The position numbers were made by a program, and so were the translations under genes. Below, in pieces: positions 1 through 10,392 of a stretch of 64,000 bases of DNA (the stretch's first letter is position 1; each line of letters opens with the position of its first letter). Source of the stretch: an uncultured Pelagibacteraceae bacterium (lineage in GTDB: Bacteria; Pseudomonadota; Alphaproteobacteria; Pelagibacterales; Pelagibacteraceae). The notes beneath the pieces were generated by a model. It was not told the origin of the DNA. It ran no database searches and was given only the letters and a program-made list of their open reading frames with translations. The stretch spans positions 12,294-76,293 of the forward strand of contig CACIFV010000003.1 in assembly GCA_902586025.1 (NCBI GenBank), given 5' to 3'.

Positions 1-954
1 CATTATGATTTCGAAATGAGCAATATTTTTTTTGGTGAGCTAAAAATACAAAAGCCAAAATATTTTTTGAATGTATCAAAATTAAACCACACTAAAATGA
101 TTTCAAAAATGATTAAAAAGTTATCAGATGTTATGTTGCTTGAAAAGCCAGACTTACTTATTGTTTATGGGGATACTAATTCAACAATAGCAGGAGCTTT
201 ATGTGCATCAAAATTAAATATTAAAATTGCACATATAGAATCTGGATTAAGAAGTTTTAATATGAATATGCAAGAAGAAATTAACAGAATCGTTACTGAT
301 AGAATAAGTAACTTATTATTCTGTCCAACAAAAGAAGCCTTCCAAAACTTACATAAAGAAAATTTTAAAAAAATGAAAGAAAAACAAATCTATAATATGG
401 GAGATGTTATGTTGGACGTTCATTTAAAATATAAAAAAAATATTAAAACAAAAAAAAAATTAAATAATTATTATTTATGTACTTTACATAGAGAAGAGAA
501 TTGCAATGTAAAAATATTTAAAAATATTATAAATAATTTAAATAAACTTTCATTTTATAAAAATATCGTTTTTCCTGCCCACCCCAGATTAAAAAAAATT
601 ATATCTATGTTTAAAATAAAAAAAAAAATTAAAATAATCAAACCGCAAAGTTACATTGAATTTGCAAATCTTATTCACAATGCTGACGCGGTAATTACAG
701 ATAGTGGTGGAGTTCAAAAAGAAAGTTTTTTTTTAAAAAAACGATGTTTTGTTTTAAGAAAAGAAACAGAGTGGAACGAATTGGTTAATTTAAAATTTAA
801 TTATTTGATTAACCCCCAAAAAAAAAATTTTTTTAGACAAATAAATGAAATTAATAGCAGGAAACAATTTATAAAATATAAAGCTAATTTTGGAAATGGA
901 AATGCTTCTAAAAAAATTGTTAAAGCAATTTATACTTATTTAAAAAATAAATAA
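1..954 (+). CDS. wecB: UDP-N-acetylglucosamine 2-epimerase (non-hydrolysing, WecB/WbpI family), 5'-truncated by the window edge
   Basis: Frame is open from base 1 (HYDFEMS, part of the GQHYD motif); motifs VYGDTNST, HIESGLRS, EEINR, TDSGGVQKE, FGNGNAS. Confidence 0.9.
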   Translation, partial: HYDFEMSNIFFGELKIQKPKYFLNVSKLNHTKMISKMIKKLSDVMLLEKPDLLIVYGDTNSTIAGALCASKLNIKIAHIESGLRSFNMNMQEEINRIVTDRISNLLFCPTKEAFQNLHKENFKKMKEKQIYNMGDVMLDVHLKYKKNIKTKKKLNNYYLCTLHREENCNVKIFKNIINNLNKLSFYKNIVFPAHPRLKKIISMFKIKKKIKIIKPQSYIEFANLIHNADAVITDSGGVQKESFFLKKRCFVLRKETEWNELVNLKFNYLINPQKKNFFRQINEINSRKQFIKYKANFGNGNASKKIVKAIYTYLKNK

Positions 955-1015
955 TTTTGTTTAAAATAAGCTTGCTTGAAGTTATAAATTTTCTCAAAAA
1001 TAAATAATTTAAATA

Positions 1016-1990
1016 ATGAAATTTTTAATAACTGGTTCTGCAGGTTTTATTGGAATGTGGACATCAAAAAAACTTTTGGATATGGGTCATACTGTTATAG
1101 GAATTGACAACCTTAACAATTATTATGATTTAAAATTAAAAATAGATAGAAATAATTTTTTAAAAAAATATAAAAACTATATTTTTTTTAAGTTGGATTT
1201 GTCTAAGGATATAAAAAAAATTGATCAATTAATTAAAAAATATAAAATTAATCATATTTTACATTTTGCTGCTCAAGCAAATGTAAGATATTCTTTAACG
1301 AACCCTACTGCCTATCTAAATAGCAATTTAATTGGTTTTTTTAATTTGCTAGAGTTATGTAAAAAAAATAAAATTAAAAATCTGATCTATGCTAGCTCTT
1401 CAAGTGCATATGGTAATAATTTTAAAAATCATAAAAGCTTTTCAGAAAATCTAAGAACAAATACACCAAAAAATCTTTATGCGGCCTCAAAAATTTGTAA
1501 TGAAATTTTAGCTCATTCGTATTCAGAAATTTGCAAGTTTAATTCTATAGGTTTAAGATTCTTTACAGTTTATGGTCCTTGGGGAAGACCAGATATGGCT
1601 CCATTTATTTTCTTAAATAAAATATTAAAGAAAAAAACTATTGAAGTTTTTAACTCAGGCAAAATGAGTAGAGACTTTACTTATGTTGAAGATGTTTCAA
1701 ATGCAATTATAAAAATATTATTTAAAAGTATTTATACAAAAAAAAGAATTATTGAAATTTTTAATATTGGTAGAGGCAAGAGTATAAAACTATTAAAATT
1801 TATTAACACATATGAAAAAATCTTAAATATAAAAATTAAAAAAAAATATTTGCCTTTGCAAAAAGGAGATATGATATCGACCAAATCCAATATAAAAAAA
1901 TTAAACAATTTTATCAATTATAACCCTAATACTTCTTTGTTGAATGGACTAACAAAATTTACTGCATGGTTTGTAAACTATTATAAATAA
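1016..1990 (+). CDS. NAD-dependent epimerase, UDP-glucuronate 4-epimerase-like
   Basis: TGSAGFIG, HFAAQANVRYS, YASSSS, YAASK, RFFTVYGPWGRPDMA, RDFTYVED. Confidence 0.85.
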   Translation: MKFLITGSAGFIGMWTSKKLLDMGHTVIGIDNLNNYYDLKLKIDRNNFLKKYKNYIFFKLDLSKDIKKIDQLIKKYKINHILHFAAQANVRYSLTNPTAYLNSNLIGFFNLLELCKKNKIKNLIYASSSSAYGNNFKNHKSFSENLRTNTPKNLYAASKICNEILAHSYSEICKFNSIGLRFFTVYGPWGRPDMAPFIFLNKILKKKTIEVFNSGKMSRDFTYVEDVSNAIIKILFKSIYTKKRIIEIFNIGRGKSIKLLKFINTYEKILNIKIKKKYLPLQKGDMISTKSNIKKLNNFINYNPNTSLLNGLTKFTAWFVNYYK

Positions 1991-1994
1991 TTTA

Positions 1995-3737
1995 ATGTTA
2001 ATTAAAATTAAACAAATTTTTTTCATTTTAAGTAAAAAAGAAAAAAATTCTTTTTACTTATTAATCTTTTTAATGTTGATTGGATCTTTTTTAGAAGCTG
2101 TAGGACTTGGATTAATCATACCATTTATTTCAGTAATAGTTGATTCTGACAGCTTAAAAAATTTTACATTCATCCCATTAACAATTAATGAATATATATT
2201 CAGCTTAGAAATCAAAATGCGTATAATCTACTTCTCCATTTTAATTTTAGGTTTTTATTTATTTAAAAACATTTTCATTGGTTTTCTTTACTATAAAATA
2301 AACACTTTTGCATTTGGTTCAAGATCTTCAATAAGCAATCGATTATTTAATCTGTATTTAAATAAAAATTATAATTTTTTTATGAAAACAAATTCATCAA
2401 AACTTATAAGTAATATTCATAATGAAACTGGCGTTTATTGTGAACAAGCACTTATATCTATTCTTACTATGCTAACAGAAATATTACTTATTTTAACTAT
2501 TTCATTATTTTTGCTTATTTATAATCCAAAAATTACGATAATAGTTTTTATAATAATTTTTGTTATTTCATCTATTTTTCAAATTTTGACCAAACCTTTT
2601 ATTATGAAATGGGGACTACAGCGCCAAAAATCAGATCAAGATAAATTCAAAATTCTATCACAAGGATTTGGAGGGATAAGAGAGCTGAAAATATTCGATA
2701 AACTTGAATATTTCAAAAAAAAATTTGAGAAAAGTAACAACTTACTCGGCAAGGTTTCGGGCTATCATGCAACATTGCAGAATATTCCAAAACTGTATTT
2801 AGAATTAACTGCAATAGTAAGTTTTATCACAATAATAATAATAATTGTTTTAACGGCAAATGATATTTCAAAATTGATAACCATCTTATCTTTATACGGT
2901 GTAGCAGCATTTAGAATGTTACCTTCAGCGAATAAAGTAATACACTCACAACAAAATATTAGGTTTTCGACCGTGTCTATTGAAAGACTCTATCAAGAAT
3001 TTAATGATACAGACGAAAAAGACAATTACATTAATACAAAATTGAACGATATACCTGAATCTTGGGAAAAATTAGTATTTGATAAAGTATCTTTTTTTTA
3101 CGAAGTCAAAGAAAAAAAAGTATTTGACAATTTAAATATTGAAATAAAAAAAGGTTCAAAAATTGGAATTTTAGGAGAGACTGGGATTGGTAAAAGTACA
3201 TTTTTTGATTTACTTTGTGGTCTTGTAAAACCGTCTTCTGGCAATATTTATCTTGATAAAAATGATATTTCAAAATTTAAATTAAATGATTATTTGAAAA
3301 AATTTGGATACGTTTCTCAATCAATTTTTTTGTTTGATGATACAATAAAAAATAATATATGTTTTGAAATTGACAGCATTAAAGGTTATGAACATAATAA
3401 CCTAAATAAAATTCTTAGAATTGTTAAACTTGAGCAATTGATCGATAATTTAGAATTAGGGGTTGATACTATAATTGGTGAGAAGGGTATTAAGCTATCT
3501 GGCGGTCAAAGACAAAGAATAGGTCTTGCAAGAGCATTATTCTCAAATCCTGAACTTTTAATATTAGATGAGGCAACAAATGCTCTGGATGAATTAACTG
3601 AAAAAAATATTATTGAAAACTTGCACAATGAGTATAATGATCAAACAATAGTTTATATTTCTCACAGTTTAAATACACTTAAAAGATGTGATCACATTTA
3701 TGAAATAAAAGATAAAATATTTAAGAAAATTAAATGA
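1995..3737 (+). CDS. ABC transporter permease/ATPase, PglK/MsbA-like lipid-linked glycan flippase
   Basis: N-terminal transmembrane domain; Walker A GETGIGKST, signature LSGGQRQR, LILDEATNALD; located in a glycan locus. Confidence 0.85.
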   Translation: MLIKIKQIFFILSKKEKNSFYLLIFLMLIGSFLEAVGLGLIIPFISVIVDSDSLKNFTFIPLTINEYIFSLEIKMRIIYFSILILGFYLFKNIFIGFLYYKINTFAFGSRSSISNRLFNLYLNKNYNFFMKTNSSKLISNIHNETGVYCEQALISILTMLTEILLILTISLFLLIYNPKITIIVFIIIFVISSIFQILTKPFIMKWGLQRQKSDQDKFKILSQGFGGIRELKIFDKLEYFKKKFEKSNNLLGKVSGYHATLQNIPKLYLELTAIVSFITIIIIIVLTANDISKLITILSLYGVAAFRMLPSANKVIHSQQNIRFSTVSIERLYQEFNDTDEKDNYINTKLNDIPESWEKLVFDKVSFFYEVKEKKVFDNLNIEIKKGSKIGILGETGIGKSTFFDLLCGLVKPSSGNIYLDKNDISKFKLNDYLKKFGYVSQSIFLFDDTIKNNICFEIDSIKGYEHNNLNKILRIVKLEQLIDNLELGVDTIIGEKGIKLSGGQRQRIGLARALFSNPELLILDEATNALDELTEKNIIENLHNEYNDQTIVYISHSLNTLKRCDHIYEIKDKIFKKIK

Positions 3738-4705
3738 AAGTGTTTATAACAGGAGTTGCTGGTATGTTGGGATCTCACCTTTCAGAAATTTTATTAAGTA
3801 AAAATTTTAGAGTTTATGGTATTGATAACTTAGCAGTTGGAAGAAAATCAAATATAAAATCATTGCTTAAAAATAAAAATTTTACTTTCATTAAAGGAGA
3901 TATTAATCAAAAGAAAAATATATTTAAATTTGTAAAAAAAGTTGACATTGTTGTCCATTTGGCAGCAGTCAAAAAAGTCACAGAACTTCAACCATCCTAC
4001 AAAACTTTAATTACAAATGTTTTTGCAACTAAAATTGTCCTCGATGCTGTAAAAATTTATAAAAAAAAACTTATATTTGCCTCGACATCAGATGTTTATG
4101 GAATTTCAGAAAAATTACCGTTTAATGAAAAAAATAATTTAATTATCGGTAGCTCTTTAGCAAAGAGATGGTCATATGCCGTTTCAAAAATTTATTGTGA
4201 ACATTTATGTTATTGTTATCATAAAGATTATAAAGTTAATTTGACTATTCTTAGATATTTTGGAGGGTTTAGTCATAAATCGTCTTTTTCATGGTCAGGT
4301 GGTCACATACCTCAATTTATAGATAAAATTTTAAAAAAAAAAGTTATCGAGATCCACGGAGATGGTAGACAGACTAGATCAATGGGTCACGCAATTGATT
4401 TGGCATATGGTACATACCTGGCAATAATTTCAAAAAAAATTAATGGTGAAATAATAAATATTGGAAATGATGAAGAAATAAGTGTTTTAGATACTTTAAA
4501 AATAATTTCGAAAAAGATGGGAACCTCAATGAATAAACTTAAAATAAAACATGTGCCTCAATCTAAAATATTTGGAAATTATAAGGATATAAGAAGAAGA
4601 AGGCCAGATATAAAATTAGCAAAAAAAAAACTTGGTTTTAAACCAAAAATATCTTTAGAAAAAGCTATAGAGCTTGTCATAAATGAAAAAACAAAATCAA
4701 ATTAA
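3734..4705 (+). CDS. NAD-dependent NDP-sugar epimerase/decarboxylase (resembles the ArnA C-terminal domain)
   Basis: TGVAGMLG, FASTSDVYG, RWSYAVSK, GDGRQTRS, RRRPDI. Confidence 0.8.
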   Translation: MKVFITGVAGMLGSHLSEILLSKNFRVYGIDNLAVGRKSNIKSLLKNKNFTFIKGDINQKKNIFKFVKKVDIVVHLAAVKKVTELQPSYKTLITNVFATKIVLDAVKIYKKKLIFASTSDVYGISEKLPFNEKNNLIIGSSLAKRWSYAVSKIYCEHLCYCYHKDYKVNLTILRYFGGFSHKSSFSWSGGHIPQFIDKILKKKVIEIHGDGRQTRSMGHAIDLAYGTYLAIISKKINGEIINIGNDEEISVLDTLKIISKKMGTSMNKLKIKHVPQSKIFGNYKDIRRRRPDIKLAKKKLGFKPKISLEKAIELVINEKTKSN

Positions 4706-5462
4706 TAAACAATTTCTTAATAGTTTTTGTAACTACAATAAATTAAACAATATTATCTTATCTTTTGATATAGATTGGGCCCCGGAGTTCATGATTGAAG
4801 ATCTTTTAAATCTTACAAGTAAACTTAATCCAACTTTTTTTAACACACACAAATCTAAAATTTTACAAAATCTTAATGAAAAAAATATTACTCAGGGAAT
4901 ACACCCAAATTTACAAAATAATAGTTCACACGGGCATACGATTAATAATATTTATAAAACTGTAAAAAATTTTGGAAACAAAAAATATTTAAGGTTTCAT
5001 GTTTTAGGACATTCATATCCAGATTTAAAATTTTTTGCAAAAAGAGGTACTGAAATTGATTCATCTATAATACTTATTAATCAGCCATACATTACTCCCA
5101 ATTATCATCCTGATATTGATTTAGTAAAAGTTCCATATGTGTGGGAAGATGGAATGATTTTAAATTTTAAATTTAATATTAAGAATTCTTTGAATCTTAA
5201 CTTGCCAGGACTAAAAATTTTAGATTTTCATCCTTTAGATTTGTACTTAAATACTCCATCAATTGAAAAGAGAAATAATTTCAAAAAAAAATTTAAATCT
5301 GTTTTGTTTTCTACAAAAAAAGAAAGCGAAAAGTATATTAATAAAAAAAAATATGGAATTAGGGATTTTTTTATAGAAACAATTTCCTATCTAAAAAGAA
5401 AAAGAATTAATTTTTCAAATTTTAAAGAATTAAACTATGAGTTTAGAGAAAACAAAAAATAA
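4683..5462 (+). CDS. WbmS-like polysaccharide deacetylase/deformylase family protein
   Basis: SFDIDWAP, GIHPN, PYVWED and DFHPL motifs; flanked by an SDR and a formyltransferase. Confidence 0.65.
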   Translation: MKKQNQINKQFLNSFCNYNKLNNIILSFDIDWAPEFMIEDLLNLTSKLNPTFFNTHKSKILQNLNEKNITQGIHPNLQNNSSHGHTINNIYKTVKNFGNKKYLRFHVLGHSYPDLKFFAKRGTEIDSSIILINQPYITPNYHPDIDLVKVPYVWEDGMILNFKFNIKNSLNLNLPGLKILDFHPLDLYLNTPSIEKRNNFKKKFKSVLFSTKKESEKYINKKKYGIRDFFIETISYLKRKRINFSNFKELNYEFRENKK

Positions 5463-6396
5463 AATTGCAATAATAGGAAATCAATCAATAACAAAATATT
5501 TGATTAATTATCTACAGAATAAGGGAATAAAGATTAATTACTTAATTACTTTAAAAAATAAAAAAAAATATAATGTTACAGATCCATATAATTTTAAAAA
5601 CGAAAAAATAAAAATCATAGAAGTCGAGACATATAGTTTAATAAGCAAGAATGATAAAAAAAAGCTAAAACAACTTGATATTGATTTTTTAATTGTATTT
5701 GGTTGGTCAAGGCTTATTCCTCAGTGGACTTTAGAATTGGCAAAAAAATCAACAATCGGAGTACATGCGGGAATACTTTCTCCACCAAGAAGTAGGGGAA
5801 GAGCAGTATTCAATTGGGCTTTAATAGGTGGATTTAAAAAAATGATATATTATGCAATGAGACTTAAATCAGGCATTGATAATGGTGATATTTTTGAAAA
5901 AAAAACATGTAAAATAAATCTATATGATGACATAGAAAGTTTATACTTTAAAAACTCTATTATCTCATCAGAGTTCTTTTTTAAAATAATTACTAATTGG
6001 AAATTTTACAGTAAAAAAGCTCGTAAGCAAAATAACTCAGGGTCATCATATTTTCCAAAAAGAAATCCAGATGATGGTTTTATCAATTGGAGGTTTTCTT
6101 CACTTGAAATATCCAACCTTGTTAGAGCACTTAAAACTCCATACCCGAATGCTTTTACCTTTTACAAATCAAAAAAAATTTACATTAATGATGCAATCCC
6201 ATTTGAAATAAATACAAAAATTAAATGTGAGATTGGAGAGATCGTTGAAGTATTTCCAAATAATAAATTTGTAGTTAGGTGTAATAATAGCTTCTTACTT
6301 GTAAAAAATTTTACATCTTCAAAAAAATTTAATCCATTAAATGGTATGAAATTTAAATCTTCAAATATTTCTAAATTTAATTATAAAAAAATATGA
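5437..6396 (+). CDS. Sugar N-formyltransferase (Fmt/ArnA N-terminal family)
   Basis: FGWSRLIP, GVH..PPRSRGRAVFNWAL, IDNGDI, RNPDDGFINW, LVRALKTPYPNAFT. Confidence 0.8.
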   Translation: MSLEKTKNKIAIIGNQSITKYLINYLQNKGIKINYLITLKNKKKYNVTDPYNFKNEKIKIIEVETYSLISKNDKKKLKQLDIDFLIVFGWSRLIPQWTLELAKKSTIGVHAGILSPPRSRGRAVFNWALIGGFKKMIYYAMRLKSGIDNGDIFEKKTCKINLYDDIESLYFKNSIISSEFFFKIITNWKFYSKKARKQNNSGSSYFPKRNPDDGFINWRFSSLEISNLVRALKTPYPNAFTFYKSKKIYINDAIPFEINTKIKCEIGEIVEVFPNNKFVVRCNNSFLLVKNFTSSKKFNPLNGMKFKSSNISKFNYKKI

Positions 6397-7460
6397 TTAA
6401 GAAAATTGGTATTATTTATTCCTCTTTTAATAATTATGAGCTTTTGAAAAATGAAGTTTTAAAAAAAGTTAATTTTGAGGGATATCCAGTTATTAATATT
6501 GATGATAGATCCGATCCTAAAAAATTAAACGAAGGAAAACATATATGTAAAAATAATAATATTTATTTTGAGATTAATAAAGATAAGGGTGTTCAATTTG
6601 CTGTCAATCAAGGAATAGAATTTTTAGAGAAAAAATTCAAAGTAGAATGGGTTTTTTGCTTACAACAGGATATTTTTCCAGCCGAAAAAAATTTTTTTTC
6701 TGAATTTGAAAAATTTGTTAAAAAAATTAATAACAACTCAATCGGAGCATTCGGTTTTAATATTATTTCAGAAGATGGAATTTATATGAATAAGAAAATT
6801 ATTGATGAATATTTAAATGCTAAAAAGCCAAAAGGCTGGATTGGAAATGTTATTCTTAGTAGTTGTAACAATAAAATTTCTGATTTGAGACTTAGACATC
6901 AATTAAAATATTTTTTTTATTCAATTTTTAAAAATAAAAAAAATTTAAAAAAAAGAGATGATTTACTAAATGCTAATAGAGTTTTCTCTGATTATTCTAT
7001 TAGAAATTTTAATAAAATATCAAAATTATATAATGGAACATTTGCCATAGATCTTCCAATGTGGGGAGCAATAGCTATAAATGTAAAATTATGGAAAAAA
7101 TTCATCAAACCAAGAAAAGGGTATATATTTCATTTATGGTTTCCAGATATAGCCTTCCAGTTTATGAAAAATAATATCTGGCTCGCTACAAATAGCAATC
7201 TTTACATGAAAAATGAACAAAAAATTAAGGAAAAATATGGGTTTGTTTGGTCTTCAGCTCATGCTGGTAAAATTTTAAATAATAATCAAGTTGAGAAATA
7301 TGGTTCTCATTTAGAAACTTTTAGACATTATTGGGGTTTTGATTATGAGAAAATTTACAAACAAAAAAATCAAATTATTGATCTTTATAAAAATACGCTA
7401 ATTGAAAAATTCTTACTCCATAATTTTAAAAAAGGTCCTCTAAAAACTTTTAATAATTAA
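6393..7460 (+). CDS. Putative GT-A fold glycosyltransferase (divergent GT2)
   Basis: NIDDRSD, NKDKGVQFAVNQG and CLQQDIF resemble the GT2 N-terminal motifs. Confidence 0.55.
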   Translation: MIKKIGIIYSSFNNYELLKNEVLKKVNFEGYPVINIDDRSDPKKLNEGKHICKNNNIYFEINKDKGVQFAVNQGIEFLEKKFKVEWVFCLQQDIFPAEKNFFSEFEKFVKKINNNSIGAFGFNIISEDGIYMNKKIIDEYLNAKKPKGWIGNVILSSCNNKISDLRLRHQLKYFFYSIFKNKKNLKKRDDLLNANRVFSDYSIRNFNKISKLYNGTFAIDLPMWGAIAINVKLWKKFIKPRKGYIFHLWFPDIAFQFMKNNIWLATNSNLYMKNEQKIKEKYGFVWSSAHAGKILNNNQVEKYGSHLETFRHYWGFDYEKIYKQKNQIIDLYKNTLIEKFLLHNFKKGPLKTFNN

Positions 7461-7462
7461 AT

Positions 7463-8440
7463 ATGGACCATTTTTTATATTTTTTTCTAGTAATATTAAT
7501 TTTAATTAACACATCATTTATAATTTTTCATGATAAATTAAGTAAAATTTACAATATTTACGATGTCCCAGATGGTATAAGAAAGTATCACAAAAAATCC
7601 ACGCCATTAACTGGAGGATTAATAATATTTATAAATATAATACTTATATTCTCTTTTTTTCAGCCAAATAATTATATTCTAACATTATTTATTTTTTTTA
7701 TAGTTTTTATTCTTGGTTACGTAGATGATAAAAGAAATATATCACCTACATTAAAACTTGGAGTATTATTTTTTATAGTAATTCTAAATTCCTTAGTAAA
7801 TCAAGAAATATTAATAAATAATTTACGTTTTAATTACATAGAAAGTTTAAATTTAACAGGTTCTATAAAATATTTATTTTTAGCCTTTTGCATTATTTCT
7901 TTTGTAAATGCTCTTAATATGTTTGATGGCGCGAATTTACAAGTGTCTATTTATTCAATATTTTTATTAGTTGTAATTTATTTAAATTCAACTCAATTAA
8001 TATATGTTTATTTGATATTACCTTTAATTTTTTTTTCAATTCTAAACTTTAAAAATAAATCTTTTTTAGGTGATAGTGGATCTATATTAATAGGTTATGC
8101 AATTTCCCATGAAATAATTAAAATTTATAACGTAGAAAGTATTTTTACTTGCGAGGATATTTTTTTATTAATGTTTTTGCCGGGCATAGATATGACGAGA
8201 TTATTTATTTACAGATTAATCAACAAAAAAAATCCTCTAAAACCTGATAATGAGCATATTCACCACATAGTTAATAGAAAGCTAGATAAAAATAAATCAC
8301 TCATATTAATTATTATTTTGACTATAATGCCATACATACTTTCATTAATTTTAGGAAGGTTAATATCAATTATTATATCTAGCCTATTTTATCTCTTTGT
8401 AATAACAAAACTTTCGAAGAATAATTGGGATAAAATTTAA
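7463..8440 (+). CDS. wecA: Undecaprenyl-phosphate sugar-1-phosphate transferase (WecA/MraY family)
   Basis: Polytopic; RKYHKKSTPLTGG, GYVDD, NALNMFDGAN, FLGDSGS, DNEHIHH. Confidence 0.85.
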   Translation: MDHFLYFFLVILILINTSFIIFHDKLSKIYNIYDVPDGIRKYHKKSTPLTGGLIIFINIILIFSFFQPNNYILTLFIFFIVFILGYVDDKRNISPTLKLGVLFFIVILNSLVNQEILINNLRFNYIESLNLTGSIKYLFLAFCIISFVNALNMFDGANLQVSIYSIFLLVVIYLNSTQLIYVYLILPLIFFSILNFKNKSFLGDSGSILIGYAISHEIIKIYNVESIFTCEDIFLLMFLPGIDMTRLFIYRLINKKNPLKPDNEHIHHIVNRKLDKNKSLILIIILTIMPYILSLILGRLISIIISSLFYLFVITKLSKNNWDKI

Positions 8441-8447
8441 ATTTAAA

Positions 8448-9683
8448 ATGAGAAATAAAATTAAATATGAGGTTTTTCATTTATCTTACTCTGATTATAT
8501 AGGTGGAGCATCAATAGCTGCAAAAAATATTGATTTGTGTTTAAAAAATAAGATTTCCTCAAAATTCTATGGATTAGAGATTAAAAATCATAAGAAGAAA
8601 TTTACACAAAAAATTAAATTAAATATAAGATTATTGATTGGATTATTTCCTAAATTATTTTTCTTTAATAATTTCAAACAAACTTTATCATTTGCTATTT
8701 TAAATTCTAATATAGTTAAAAAGATTAATAATCACAAAAATACTGATTTAATTGTAAATTTACATTGGATTAATAGAGAAACTATTTCAATCAAAGATAT
8801 TGGAAAAATTAATAAAAATTTAGTTTGGACATGTCATGACATGTGGCCTATTTTAGGGGCAAAGCATATTTCAAAAAAATCAAATTTTAATAGTAACTCG
8901 AATAATTTTAGATATTTATTTGATTTCGACTATTGGACTTATTTAAGAAAAAAAAAATATTTAGGTCAAAAAAAAATAACTTTTATAGTACCAAGTAAAT
9001 GGTTAAAAAAAAAAGTTGAAAAATCAAAAGTTTACAAAAATAAAAAAGTTCATTTGGTAGGAAACCCTATTGATTGTTCTTTTTGGAAAAAAATCGGAAA
9101 TTATAAATTTAATGGTAAAATTCTAAACATAGTTTTTGGAGGCTCAAATATTAGTAATGATGATAATAAGGGTTTGGAACTTGCAATTAAAATTTTTAAT
9201 TTTATGCATGAAAATTTAAAAATTAAATTTATAGTTTCATTTTTTGGCTCTCAGATCATAGATGATTCAAAAATTAAATTTCCATTTAAAAATTACAAAA
9301 TAGTAAATAAGTATAATTTAAGAAAAATATATTCAAAATCTGATTTGATGATAGTCACATCAAAAATAGAAAGTTTTTGTCAAGTTGCTGCAGAAGCGCA
9401 ATCTTGCTCTGTACCGGTTATATCCTATAAATCTTCAGGGCTTATAGATGTAGTCAAAAATAATTATTCAGGTTACCATATTTCTAAATATAATCATCGT
9501 GAATTTGCATATAAAATTTACAAATTATTAAATAATAAAAAAAAACTTAATCAGTTAGCAAAAAATGCTAGAATTCATATTAGAAAAAATTATGACTTTC
9601 CTGTAGTATCAAAAAAATACAATAAAATTTATCAATTAATATTAAAAAAAAAAAAAATTAATAGTGAGAGTGAAAAAAAATAA
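8448..9683 (+). CDS. Glycosyltransferase family 4 (WcaC-like)
   Basis: SDYIGGASIAA, VNLHW, WTCHDMWP, ESFCQVAAEAQSC (EX7E). Confidence 0.85.
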   Translation: MRNKIKYEVFHLSYSDYIGGASIAAKNIDLCLKNKISSKFYGLEIKNHKKKFTQKIKLNIRLLIGLFPKLFFFNNFKQTLSFAILNSNIVKKINNHKNTDLIVNLHWINRETISIKDIGKINKNLVWTCHDMWPILGAKHISKKSNFNSNSNNFRYLFDFDYWTYLRKKKYLGQKKITFIVPSKWLKKKVEKSKVYKNKKVHLVGNPIDCSFWKKIGNYKFNGKILNIVFGGSNISNDDNKGLELAIKIFNFMHENLKIKFIVSFFGSQIIDDSKIKFPFKNYKIVNKYNLRKIYSKSDLMIVTSKIESFCQVAAEAQSCSVPVISYKSSGLIDVVKNNYSGYHISKYNHREFAYKIYKLLNNKKKLNQLAKNARIHIRKNYDFPVVSKKYNKIYQLILKKKKINSESEKK

Positions 9684-10392
9684 ACTTGCTGTAATCACAA
9701 TACATAAAGGTGATATCAAAAACTTAATTAAAACAATAAATTCCATAGACAAGCAATTAGTTTTTCCCGATTTGCACTTAATATTAATTCATCATTCAAC
9801 GAGTGGTGATATCAAAATCAAAAAAAAAAAAAATAGAAAAATATTAATTTCAAAAGATAGATCTTTGTATCAAGCAATGAATATAGCTTTAAAAAAAACA
9901 TTTAATTATTCTGTAATTTTTATTAATTCAGGAGATGAACTGTCAAATAAACGTTCCATAAAAAAAATAATATCGAAATTATCAATAAATAAGTGCCTGA
10001 TTTTTAAAACAAAAATTCTTCATGGAAAAACTCAATTTATACCTAGAACAAGCTATTTTATGAATGAAAATTATATGCCTCATCCTTCATTTATAAGACC
10101 ACCTGTAATAAAAAATAAAAAAATTCTAATGAACGAAAAATATAAAATCGCAGCTGATGGATTATGGATGAAACAAAATATTAGTATTTTTGGAAAAAAA
10201 AAATTTCCTGATGTTATTACAAATTTTTATACTGGAGGTTTGAGTACAAATCCAAGCTTAAGATCGATTAAGTTACAAATTGAATTTAGTTATAAGGAGG
10301 GACTTAAAGAACTTATAAAATTTATTTTATCAAAAATATTTAGAGAAAAATATTTTCAGATTATCTACGCGTGGAAATTTTATAAAAAATGA
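9664..10392 (+). CDS. Glycosyltransferase family 2 (WcaE-like)
   Basis: DRSLYQAMN, FINSGDEL, HPS, YKIAADG, GGLS. Confidence 0.7.
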   Translation: MRVKKNKLAVITIHKGDIKNLIKTINSIDKQLVFPDLHLILIHHSTSGDIKIKKKKNRKILISKDRSLYQAMNIALKKTFNYSVIFINSGDELSNKRSIKKIISKLSINKCLIFKTKILHGKTQFIPRTSYFMNENYMPHPSFIRPPVIKNKKILMNEKYKIAADGLWMKQNISIFGKKKFPDVITNFYTGGLSTNPSLRSIKLQIEFSYKEGLKELIKFILSKIFREKYFQIIYAWKFYKK

